This document shows positions 37,705 through 57,836 of a DNA stretch of 64,000 nucleotides, piece after piece. The notes under the pieces are model-generated. The model was given only the letters and a program-made list of their open reading frames with translations, was not told the DNA's origin and searched no databases. The translations under genes and the position numbers were made by a program. The DNA is from Podarcis tiliguerta. Its lineage: Eukaryota. The stretch is taken from the NCBI GenBank assembly GCA_965153285.1, contig OZ229119.1; one strand, 5' to 3'. The stretch's first letter is position 1; every line of letters starts with the position of its first letter.

Positions 37705-37714
37705 GTGGTGTGAT
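37705..37714 (-). promoter_or_regulatory. Sterol regulatory element (ATCACACCAC)
   Basis: Matches the SREBP consensus ATCACNCCAC; 18 bp from an NF-Y box, like the known SREBF2 autoregulatory promoter module. Confidence 0.85.
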
Positions 37715-38424
37715 GGCGCGTCAGCGATCAGCAGCTTTCGTTAGCGTGCGGCCGGGCAATCCCCTCCCGGGCGGCCCGCCTCGCTGGATTTGAATATGCA
37801 TAAGGAGGCGGAGATCTAACTCGTGTTCGGGTTTGAACTTGAGAGTGACAGGGCGCCCCTCCGTCCCTCCAGCAGAGGAACGGGATCGCCGCCGTACTAG
37901 ACTGTGACACCGTGCGCCGCACAAGCAAACCAAAAACGAAGTGTGCCGCCGGTCCCGTAGAGGGAAGTCCTAACATCCACAGTCAGGCAATACCTTTATA
38001 AGGAACGGTCAAAATGCCAAAATAAGGAGCAAGCTTTCGAGTTATCCAGGTCTCTTCGTCGGTCTGGGTGTTAAGCAAAGGGGAGTGGGGCTGGAAGTCT
38101 GCATTTCATCACTGCAGTTCGAAATGGATGATTTACTTACCTCCTTTGCACAAACGTTTTGAACAAATCGTGGCAGTCAAAACTCAGCCTTCAGGATTGA
38201 GCATTGACAGTTTCGGTCAAGTGGCTCTAGGCTTACTTTTCCAAATAGAATTATGCATAAGTACCAGTAATAAAATCAACTTCACTACAGGTTTCAGCTT
38301 GAGAAGAGAAGTCAAGTCTTTCTAGACCATGATGGGTCTTTATGGGGATGCAATTCCATACTGGGTGCTCTATTTGTTAGATATGACAAATTGCTCACTC
38401 CTACAGCTGGTGCTATTAGACACT

Positions 38425-38656
38425 GTGCTCCAACTGGAGAATAGCCTTTACCAAAGATGTCATGGACTTTGAAGAAGCACAAACTCAGGACGCAAGGGAG
38501 AAATGAGCTAAGAGGATGGCACATTTGGCAAACCCTCACCGTGATCAACTCCTGCCCAGAAACCCATGTCCCCACTGTGGAAGGACGAGTGGATCCAGAA
38601 TTGGCCTCCACAGTCACTCACGGACTCACTGTTAAGACAATCTTACTTGGCTACGA
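38425..38656 (+). mobile_element. 3' end of an RTE-clade LINE (tail resumes at 39262-39275 after the LTR insertion)
   Basis: Degenerate C-terminal zinc-knuckle (CPHCGR..GSRIGLHSH.RTHC) and tail AAGACAATCTTACTTGGCTACGA shared with the 40797 copy. Confidence 0.75.
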
Positions 38657-39261
38657 TGAAGGAAGGTGAGGACATGTGACCTCACCTAGGCCCAAAGTCA
38701 CCCCCCACCAAAGCAGGCTCAAAGCTTCTCAAAGCTTTTCAAAATCATTTTCTCAGCAGCTAAGCATCAGAAACATTCCGCTCTGCTGTAACAAAGGTAG
38801 AGAACAGTCCATTGTTTCTCAGGCTTTTCTCATGCCTTCTGGCCTTGCTAAAGAACCACATTGCAACTTGCTTTCTGTCCGGGAACCATGACAGAACAAG
38901 AGATTGAAAAATATCTGAACATGCTGAAAACCCCTTGGCTTCTCACCCCCCCCCCTTTCCTGGGAATAGTCCCAAGACAGCTTTCTGTTCATGCTCAGAG
39001 GAACTCATGGGGCAGGACTCCTGGAAAAAGGAGGAGAAAGAGGGAGGGAACTAGAAAGGGGTATATAAACTCTGTGCACATGACTGTGAACTCGGTGCAT
39101 GCTTTTTGTGACTTATCACACTTGCTCCTTCTACCAGTTCATGGATGGTAGAAATAAAACCTTTTTCTCCGAAACTATTCCTTGAGTGTCTGTTGACTCC
39201 CACTTCCCTTTCCCGGGCGCAATATTTTTCCCACCCGAGGGCAAAGCCTCATAAGGCTACA
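38657..39261 (+). mobile_element. Solo LTR-like element (about 605 bp) nested in the RTE tail
   Basis: TG...CA ends, TATATAAA at 39062-39069, AATAAA at 39152-39157; interrupts RTE sequence that is contiguous in the 40797 copy; exact ends and TSD ambiguous. Confidence 0.7.
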
Positions 39262-40796
39262 GAGTGATCGGCAAATCTTTACATGTGCACTTTCCCAGCC
39301 CATTAAAAAAAAAGGAGCATCTTGAGCAAGGTATTTAGTATGGAACCTAATATTTCCATCTCATTTTTTCCTCAGTATTCTAAGGATTTAAATCTTATTT
39401 AAGCATCCATTCAAAGACACTTCACATGTTAGATTTGTCAATGGTATGGTCTCTTTCAGTTGTCTATATATGCATTTCAGAGTTATAGCTTTCTGTGCCA
39501 AGGCCAGGAATACAGTGTTTTTCCTATGCACAAACACTTTTAAAACAAACATCACATTATACATGCATTATCCAGAAATGATCCATGATTGCGTGTTTCT
39601 CCAAGGTTACAGGAAGCAGCTGAGGAGTGTCATTGTGAAAACAGCTCTTGACCTTTCCCTTCAGCACTGATAGGAGGGGATTGCCTGTTTTTTCTAGAAC
39701 TCAAAGATAAGTGTTAAGTCCTACAATGCACAAAATCTTATTCTGTGGTCCTGCATCTGTTGCTTCTCTCCCACTTTCACCATTGCTTCTCAATCAATTA
39801 TCCAAATAAATAGTGCCATACTTTCACTGGATTATTCAAGAGGTGGCAGTGCAGGTTTAAATAGGGATTGAAAGTAATAAATGGAGCGTGTTCACATTCT
39901 CAGATGTGGCTTCAAGAAGAAAAGTTGATGCCAACACTTCACCAAGCACCAGTGGATTAAGTTTCTTCTTGTATCTGCTTAGCAGTGCTGCATTAGTTTT
40001 ACAGAGTCAACAGGATACAAAAAGTTGTGTTTGATGTGAGGAGCAGCGGCACAGAGCCATACTGAAGATAGAAAACCAAGGATACTGGCCATATCTAATA
40101 CCCTTGAATGATTAATTCATGGATGTTCCATCCCCATATATTACACAACATTAAAGCTCATGTGTTTTGGACGGCATCCTTGGCCTTTCAGATTAAAGGA
40201 AGTGGGCAAGATGGAATTCAGGAACGCTTACCACAAGTTTTGAGTGTTCAGTTAATATATTAGTGAGCAAAGATAAAAACAAAAAGGTGGCTAACTGAAG
40301 AAAGTTTCCCTAAATTAGAATTTCTGTCACTATTCTATGTCCTAGGGTAAATTTCCATGCAAAATAGCTTTAGTTTCCTCCTTGTTTCATATGGTGTAAA
40401 GTTTACAGTGTAATCCGAGGGCATTTTGTGGTGGACACACACACACACATCCCTTATGTTCTTATGTTCTGTGTTCTATCCACAGCATCTTCAGGGAGGA
40501 CTGGGAGAGGCTCCCTGCCTGAAATCCTACAAAGCTACTTCCAGTCAGTGTGGACAATACTGAGCTAGATGGTAAAAAGCAGCTTTCTGTAAACTTTAGG
40601 ATTGGGCAATGTTAGAGAGAAATGATCAGCTCTGGGTATTTGTTGCAGGTGTTTGATGTTGCAAACTAATTAGAAAACCATCTCTAGAAATGCTACATGT
40701 ATTTGGAACTGAAAAACCTGCTCCTTCATCTCCAGCCAAGAAAACAACATTGAAACAGTCCTGCTTTTACGTCACACATTAAAGAGAGTCTGTCTT

Positions 40797-41018
40797 TTCT
40801 TCTTTGGCGATCACTCATAGCCAAGTAAGATTGTCTTCCATAAACACGGTTTTAACAATGAGTCCGTAAGTGACCGTGGAGGCCAATTCTGGATCCACAC
40901 ATCCTTCCACAGTGGGGACATTGGTTTCCGGGCGGGAGTTGATCACAGTGTGGATTTGCCAAGCGTGCCTTCCTCTTAGCACGTTTCTCCCTTTCGTCCT
41001 GAATTTGAGTGTCTTCAT
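40797..41018 (-). mobile_element. 3' end of an RTE-clade LINE
   Basis: ORF end ...CPHCGRMCGSRIGLHGHLRTHC*, then tail GAGTGATCGCCAAAGAAGAA. Confidence 0.8.
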
Positions 41019-41110
41019 TGACAATCGTAGAAAGTATTTCCCATGCTATCAAGAACCATGCCTCACAAGCCAGTGACAAATGTTTGCATATTTTTTTTAC
41101 AATTTTCTGT

Positions 41111-41116
41111 TTTATT
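41111..41116 (-). terminator. Candidate poly(A) signal of CCDC134
   Basis: AATAAA about 1.9 kb past the stop, preceded by U-rich sequence. Confidence 0.5.
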
Positions 41117-43053
41117 CAAGAAAAGCAAAGTCCATTTAAATACATATCCAAAACCAAAGCAAATGTAATTTTGATAATAAAAGTCGTCACCATCTCTAAC
41201 CTTGTAAAACAGCCCAAAGGCAGCAAGTCAAACTGAAATGTCCCCTAAAAAAACCACAACCCTCCTTTCCCACAAATTAATCCGCCACTGGCAAGATTGG
41301 TCCAAACCAATCTTGACAAGTAGTGTGCCAAGTTATAGCGCTACTCATGACAGTGAGGGGCCATCACACTTAGAGGAAATACAATACTCCAGTTAATCAG
41401 TGTTTGGGGATAATCTTGCTGGTGTAAATCTATCCCAGTCTTGAACAAGAGCTACCCATTGTGGCAAACTGCACAGTGACTTCATGCTGAATGCCTGCAG
41501 TATACAGGCCTACAAGTCAGCAGGCCAGGGAGAAATCAGTAGAGGGAATTAAAAGGGAACACTGACCATACTGTGGGCAAGGCTGGCTGGCCTTTACTAT
41601 GAGAGCAAGTACAGTACAGCTGGAATCCAAAACGAACTTAGCTCCAGGTCCAAACCTAAATGGAATGCTTGAAAAAGTCAAGAAAAAAGGCAGCTTGTTC
41701 CTGTGGAGCAATAAGGCAGTAGACTGGGTGGGAAGGACAATTCCCTCAGAATTTCACTGACCATGTAATAAAGACACAATTGATAGGCAAGCAGAGAAGA
41801 AGAACTGAGAGAACAAAATCTACACTGTCAGACTGTCTGCTTTTCCGCGGAGTAAGAACAGTGGCAAGTGAGTATCTCATCTTGACATTTCAAATTAAAG
41901 GTCATCACCAAGATTGCAACGGCACCATTAACTGAGGGATGGGGATGTACTGAAACAGTCAAGAGTCAGCAATTATGGACACAGCAGTTCCACTCTGTAC
42001 CCACTGGACAATAGGAGCTGAAGAAATTTACATAATCACTTCTCTCTAGCTCTTCTAGTGTCTCACAAAGATGAGCAGATAAGTTCCCTTCACCATAAAG
42101 AAGGGGAATGAAATCTCCCATCTCCTTGAATGTTTCAGTAATTTCCCATTGTGCAGTAGTGGCACCGTTGATGACAAACAATAAATGTGTTAAGTCTTGA
42201 AAGTGCCACAAAAGTCTTTGTTCTTTTTGTTGCAGCAGACCAGTACAATATGGCAAAATTGTCAAGTGCAAGTGCCCGTTGATGACGACCCGACCGTGCT
42301 GTTCATCTTCTCAAGCCAAAATTAACCACATGAATTCCCGTCCTCCTCCTCTTTTATGAGAAAAAATGGTTTAACAGCCTTGTGGAAAAAGAGGAAGACT
42401 TTGACACCATAGAACCAGAAAGGAGTGTGGATTATTACAGCATTTTAATAACAGCACCTCTTTGACGTATCCTAGGTACATTCAAAAGGAGTACTCTGTC
42501 AGTGCGTGAATAATCCCAAAGAATCTATGTCCTTAACCCATAACTCTTAGAACCCTTAACTTTTTGAAGGTTGTTCTGCTGCCCTCTCAAGTTAATCTTG
42601 CAACTCTGTGTCACCTTACCATTCTGACTGCACAAAAATTCACAACCTCCCGTGTTATGAACTGCAGAGGTGGCATGAGCCAGAGAACTTCCCTTTCGCC
42701 GCCCCTCTCCCTAAGCGTTACAAACTGGCAAAAGCCACATGAAACAAAAATACACAGAGACATGAGGAACAGCCTCTGACAAACTCTGTACATTCCAGTT
42801 ACTCGAAAAAGCCTTCCCGTAAAGGAAGATGTGCTCAAAGACCGCAATCTCTGCCTGGGGCGCTTCCCACAGCTCAATCCAGTTGTTAGCCAACGTCTTG
42901 CTGAAAGAAGAAACAAACTTCCAAAACCTTACAAAACAAAACCGCAACATCCTGGCGTTTTCCTGAGGTCACCAAGGGACTGGGATGCGCCTGTCCCAGC
43001 AGCTTCCATCTCCCGCCCAGGGCAAGTCACGGCGACAGGAGCAGGTGGCGGCA

Positions 43054-51178
<8,125 letters not shown>

Positions 51179-54100
51179 CCTTAAAATCCTGGAATGGAAA
51201 GAAGGGGGGAAAGGGGAGGGAGAATACTTTCATCATTCTAATGATTGAGGTTAAAGCACAGAAACCTCTCCACTCTCACTACCTAATTTATATTCATTAA
51301 CATAAGCAACTCCCCATGTGTAGGAGAAGACAACAAAGAAATAAAGAAACAGACACCACTGGCAGTAAATGGACAGTAAACCTCTCTCTCATAGGCAAAG
51401 TTTCAAGACTGAGCTTCAGCATACAGGTGGGCGCCCAACTACATTGAGAGGGCACCACATTGGCTACCTCCTTACTCATTTCACAGGCCACATCCTGACT
51501 TTAGCTGCATGCTCCAATCCACCCACTTCTTTACCAGCCTTGCAGCCAATCTGAAAGTTACTGTTTTCCCTGGCAATGAGGATATTTACTTGTGCTTCAG
51601 CATCGCCACAAACATCATTGTGTGCAAATCCAAACCACAGGTCTCACATCCACAATCTGATCAATATACAAAAACAGGCTTGAAATTTCCAGTCCATGAG
51701 TGGCTCAATATAGTAAAACAGAAATTGCGATTACCAGTAACTGCTGTTCTTTGGCCAAATCCCATACGAATCAGGCCAAATCTCAGAAATGCCTAGAACT
51801 TTGAGCATGAGGCTCTCCATCCCTCCCTTTAACTGGCATTTTGTCCACCAAGCTTGCCTGCCAAAAAACCTGTTCGGCTTCTTCCTAATGCTGCAGGTGT
51901 GCATCAATGGTATCTGCAGCCTTTAAACCAGGGAGGAGGGCTGGCTAAGTGACTGCACAACAGCAGTTTCCCAGTAAGCGTGCAATCCCACAAATGGGAG
52001 GACTATAGCATTCCCTACTGAGCAGAGAGAATAGAAGTCCATCACCCTGCAACACTGCTCTTCCAACCCTGGTTTAATTTCTGCCCTCAATGGCCATTGC
52101 ATTCTGCTAGAGAAAACATCATGAGGCCACTTCCACTTTGCTGGCATACAGACAGCTGCAACTGAGACACATGTCTGCAGTGCTGAAGATGGCTGAGCTT
52201 CTTGTGGAGGATGTGTGAATCTCCAGAAATAATAAACCTAGCAAGGGTCTGGGAAGAAGCTCAAAAAGCTCTACTCCTTCTTGAACAGTCAATGAAATTT
52301 AGCACCTCTTCTTCTAAACTCACAAGTGCAATGCAAGTAAAAATCAAATGGCCGTATGGACATCTAATGAATGCAATTCACACTTCTGCTCATCTGAAGG
52401 ATTTGAAAAGAGGATTGACAAAACTGTGGTTTGCTTAATGTGAAATGAATATGGTAGTAATTCCAAAATAGGCCTTAATGCAAAGCAGTTCTTATGCACC
52501 ATCAAGAATTGCAGACCACAATGAAGCACAATCATTTCCATACACTTTTCTCACTGAGATGATTGTCTTCAAAACCGCAACCTTGATGGTGAGATAATCC
52601 ATTAAACATGTTGCTACTGGTTCAGACTGTTTAGTCATCAATGGTGACAGAACATGAAGCATCCTCTTAGGCCAGGAAGTCTGAACAGGAGGAAGCCTGA
52701 GTCAATTCTGTAAGTTGCTTCATGCAATAAGAGAAACCTGATTAGCTTTCAACAGGAACAAAGTGAGCAGGAATTGCTGCCAGATGAATGTTAACGGAAG
52801 ACTAGGTTATGAGAGTGCAGTGCTATTCCCTAACTGAAAAGATAATCCAGTACATAATGTACATTACAGAAATGTGCCGCATTGTGTCTAGACGGTTCCA
52901 TGACATGTTGAATGTTGTGACGAACGCAAATCAAAGTGATCTGAAATGAAGTCAAAAAATGGTGCAATGACTCCATTTCTAACCACCTTTTTAAATCTTT
53001 GATGGTTCGTCTGTCTTCCTACATTCAGATTAAAATAACACACCAAAACATGGTTGAGGGGTTATCTCAGAAACATTTAGTCAGAACAGAAAAGGACAAA
53101 AAACGTGATATATAAGATATCAATAGGATTTATTTCCTAATGTGAATTGGCCGTGTGTTTCCACATTACTGCCTAAGTACTAAACTTGCTACCAAGTGTT
53201 GTGATCTCCATGACTCTGCTGGGGGCAGGATGTGATTGGCAGAGTGTGTCAAGAGGAGGAAGAAGATGATGACCCCAGGATGGAAGGTAGCAGCAGTTTG
53301 GGCAATGATGTAAAGGAGGAGCCTGACATACTGCCACTGGGCCCCAGTCTCAATTTGAGGGATGAGAATAGTTCAAGCAGTGATTTTGAGGAGGGCCCTC
53401 ACCCAAAGCTGCTCTGGGGCCACCTGACACCACAGAGAGGGAGGGGGTGTCAAGGATGTCCTGACCCCATCCCTGGGGAAGAAGATTCCCCTAGGAGCAG
53501 AGGTGGCGGCTGGCAAATCAGGAGAGCAAGCCAGACAGGAGGGAGGAGATGGGCGAGGAAGGGGAATTGGAAGGGTGGATGGCAGGCACAAACAGACCCA
53601 GTTAAAACACACTTCTCACCCTCCCCTTCCGGGCTTATGAATTTGGCCACCCCTGCCCAATAACATTAAGGAAAATGGTTCCTACATGTAGATGACAATT
53701 TACAAAAATACCAGCAAGGCAATATGCCTTTATTGCTTAAAAAATGGCAAGATTTCCAATTACATGGAATGCTACAGTTTTATCAGTTATATGGGGATCA
53801 GAGTTACCTATTCATGGAAATAAATCCAAATAGGCTTTGACTTGTCCACAAAACATTTGCCTCCTGCGTTGACAAAGAGGGGATTATAGACTGCAGTAAG
53901 AATCCTAATTAAGTTGTGTGTTTTGAACACAACATGCTTTGGAGTATAAAGAGCTTATACCTCAGGAGACAGGTGCACCTACAGAGAACATGTTTTCATT
54001 ATCTGTAGACATTTTTCCTACGTAAATTTATTCAAGATATTTAAGATTGGTTCCACCCATGCAATTACTATTGAGAAAATTATATTAGGTATACCCTACC

Positions 54101-55654
54101 ATTATACAGAAAGAGTGTTTGCCCAGAGTAATATAGACTTATAGTTATCTTTTTAAAAGATTTACTATAAAAGAAACTGGGAGTATGACAACAGCAGACT
54201 TTTATTACTGGTTATAAATCTACTTTAGCTACAAGCACATCTCAGAGCACAGCTTAATTTAAGGACAAAAATAAAACAAAGACCTCTACCTGGTAATTCA
54301 AATAAAGGAATGTAGAACAACTTGTTCTGGCTATTGTGATGCTCACTAAACCACATCAGGCAAAGCCGTCAGTCAATGATCATCCAGAAATTTTTTCTAT
54401 GAATCTTCTGCAGCAACATCACAATTGTGTTCTTCTCAGTTGAGTTTATCTGCAACACAAATTAAAATTGTTGAGGAAGAGCCCACCTATCAATACCAAT
54501 GTTTTCCCTAAAGGCAAACTTTACCACACACAAGCTCAAATATATTAAAACTTGTGGGGCCAACCTAAATTTAGTGACATGGGATCCCTTCACTTCCACA
54601 TCCCAAAAACTGAAACCTTGGGTAACAGTTTCTGCTTCAGCAATAAAAATCTACATTGATGGATTTCAAGAGAAAGTCCAGTCTCATCAACCTTTTACAG
54701 TAGACATATTCTAGAATATTCTAGAAAATATACTCTGCTAGAAAATTCTCTGGGGGTATTCTCCACAAACTGTAAATTCTAAAGTAAGAACTAGTTTTAC
54801 AACCCACATTTCAAAAATCTTGTGAGGATAAAACAGGAATGAGGAAAGGTATGTATACCACCCTGAGCTCCTTGGAGAGAAGATGGGATATAAATGCAAT
54901 AAAGACATAAACAAAAGCAACAAACAGGTATTATGCAAGCAAAGAGGCAAATGCAAATGAAAACCATTCAGCCTGGAACTGTAAACATCTGGTCATTTAG
55001 ATACTTAAACAGTTGGTGCTAGAATTTGGAAAAGCTCTTGATTTATAAAGTTTTATTATATGTGGCTCCCAGGAATTTGAGATATTTTCCCAAGTAAGCA
55101 CCCGCAGTGGTGGAAGACGCCTCCTGTCTGTTCCTGGGATTCCAACACAAATTTGGAAACAGATGGAGCTGGCTAGTGAGAGATCGGTTGGTCCACTGGG
55201 AGCTTACAGTCCAGACTGTGAAGTGAATGTTAAGTACCAATTACACTGTGCATAAAAGGACTTTCACAATGAGAAAATAATAGGTTTTATTCCATGAGCA
55301 ATATCAAAGCAAGTTGTAGTGGCTGAAAGCTACAGACACGGATGAAAAATCCATTAAGCGGCATTAAATACTGTAAAGAGCATTCCGTGGCACAAGCTTA
55401 TCTCAGGTACTTGCCATAGATAAGAGCATGCTCCTATTTTTATTTTGTTTTTACCTCCAAGAGAGCATGTTTGGTAAAGTAATGCAAAGATGCACCAGTA
55501 TTCTTGACATTGTCGGGAATTTAGGATAGCCTTACAGCAACCAATGGCTACTAGGCTTGATGGCTATGTTCTGTCTCAGCTGTCAGAGGCAATATTTCCA
55601 AGGAAGATGATGAGGATGATGTGGATGATGATCAACGAAGTTTTCAGGGCAGTA

Positions 55655-56085
55655 CACAACAGCATAAGAAGAGCTTCCTGGATCAGGCCAATTGGCCCAG
55701 TTAATCCAGCAACCTGTTCTCACAGTGGCCAGCCAGATACCTATGGGAATCCCACAAATGGGATATGAGCACAAGAGCACTCTACCCTCTTGTGGTTTCC
55801 AGCAAGTGGAACTCAAAAGCATTACTGCCTCCAACCACAGAGGCGGAACATAGTCATCATAGCTCATAGCCATCACCAATAGCCCTCTCCTCCATAAATT
55901 TGTATTTTGCAAGTTGGTGGCCATCATCTCCTCCGGTGGGAGCACGTTCAAAAGTTCAGCTATGAAGTAGTATTAGTCATAGTAGTGCCTTCATTTATCG
56001 TTCCTGAATCTTCCAACGTTCAGCTTTATCGGATGGCCACGAGTTCGAGTGTTGGGAACAGAGGGAAAAAAGCTTTTCTCCGTGC
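55655..56085 (-). mobile_element. CR1 LINE 3' fragment (related fragment at about 355-650; short CR1 tail at about 28894-28965)
   Basis: CATAAGAAGAGC..CTGGATCAGGCCAA.TGGCCCA..TCCAGCA is a reverse CR1 3' end; homologous to 355-650. Confidence 0.6.
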
Positions 56086-57648
56086 CACGCATTTTATAAA
56101 CTTTATTTCTGGTTTACTTAAACAACTTATATACCATTTAGCTACAACAGACTAAGTTGTTTACAAAAATACAATACAACTGATGAGAATCAGTGAAGAA
56201 AGATATAAAATTAAACTACCATTAAAAGGCCTGCTGGAATAAAGTAAGTCCTGTCCAACTCTACCATTCTATGAATTGCATTTGCTATTATCTCCCGCTT
56301 CACTCAGTTTGACAAGGTCATTTTGGAGCTCTTCACAATCTCTCTTTGTTTCAGTGACCCTGAATAGTATATACAGAATACAGTAAGATGCAATACACAC
56401 ACAAAAATCAACACTTGAAGTCATACAATTATTCAACTAACAGAAAACAACAGAAAGTGCACTCCTATTAATACTTTCCTAGGAGCAAGCGCTACTGAAC
56501 ACAAAGGGACTTGGTTCCAAGGAAGCAAGCTCTTAAAATGTTTTTGCTATCCAGTTTTGTTTTCCAGATGTTATGATTATTGATTGCTATTTCCTTTTCT
56601 GATCTCCCCACAGCCCGATATTTACTTTGGTTCAGTACTTCTGTTTCAGAAATCCAACCTATTTCACTCCATCACAGCACAGCTGCGGCCCATCCACAGG
56701 TATTTTCCAGTCATGTTATCTGGGCAACGCTGAAGTTGATCAGATACCTTTCTAATTTGGGGTGGGACTGTGGCATTTACCAGCAGGGCTATTTTCCTTT
56801 ATGAGAGTAGAAGCTGAAAATGTTGTATACCGCAACAGATGTACATGCCACCAGTAGCTTCCATGAGACAGAAGGAAAGGTGATATAATAGAAGATATCT
56901 GCCAAGACTTAAACCATGAGGAAAATGAAGTGGTGGCAATTGACAGTACTACTACGACCACCACAACCACCACTATATCATCTTTACTCTGCAGCGCAGG
57001 TTAAATGTGACACATAAATATTCCACTAGAGAGCCATGCTCAGTCCTGCCTCAGCTAACAAGACAGCAAATGACTACATACAGAGAAGTTAGACCCGCTC
57101 CACGAGAGGGGCTAATGGAAATCAGAGCAGCTTGCTGCTCTTAATTGGAGGGTTAGAGGAATTGCAGTTTGCTGCCAGGCTTTCTGGTTCACCAATTTTC
57201 CTATGGCTTCCTAACCATTATCCGTACAAAATAAAACAGGGCTGAAAGAGAAAGACACACCAGCCTTTCATCTTGAAGCTTTCAACATTTATATATAACC
57301 CTGCTCCAATCAAGCCTTTTCCTTTTTTCCAGTTCTCGTTATTCCACATACAGGGGCGGCGGCAGAAGGGGGGGCTCCTCCAAGAACATTGGCTTCTCTT
57401 AGCCGGTTTTAACAAATAAAGGAGAATAAAACCTAATTCCAATATAATTTAAACTTCTTAAGAAGAACTGAAAAGACTTTTAAAGGAGGCAGGTGAACTA
57501 TAGCTGCATGATTAAGAGTAGAAAATCAAATTACTAGCCCAGTGTCATCATGCACTGACCCAAATGTTGCAGAGAAAATGCATATGTGTTTAAATCTTAT
57601 GCATTCCAATAATTCCTCTGACTGTAATGGATTCAAGTGTGTAATACA

Positions 57649-57836
57649 AGGTAAAAGGTAAAGGTACCGCTGACTGTTAGGTTCAGTCGCGGACAACTCT
57701 GGGGTTGCGCGCTCATCTCGCTCTATAGGCTGAGGGAACTGGTGTTTGTCCGCAGACAGTTTTTCCGGGTCACGTGGCCAGCATGACTAAGCCGCTTCTG
57801 GCGAACCAGAGCAGCGGATGGAAATGCTGTTTACCA
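57649..57836 (-). mobile_element. Sauria SINE 3' half
   Basis: AAGGTAAAAGGTAAAGGTACC tail plus body homology. Confidence 0.82.

Larger units (their letters stand above)
36950..37960. promoter_or_regulatory. CpG island / promoter of SREBF2
   Basis: Dense CpG and GC-rich block spanning exon 1 and the upstream region; boundaries approximate. Confidence 0.9.

Noticed and set aside
53232-53663. 143-aa acidic/Gly-rich ORF
   Set aside because: Non-ATG start, low-complexity purine-rich sequence, no splice or homology support; may be a decayed repeat that I cannot classify.
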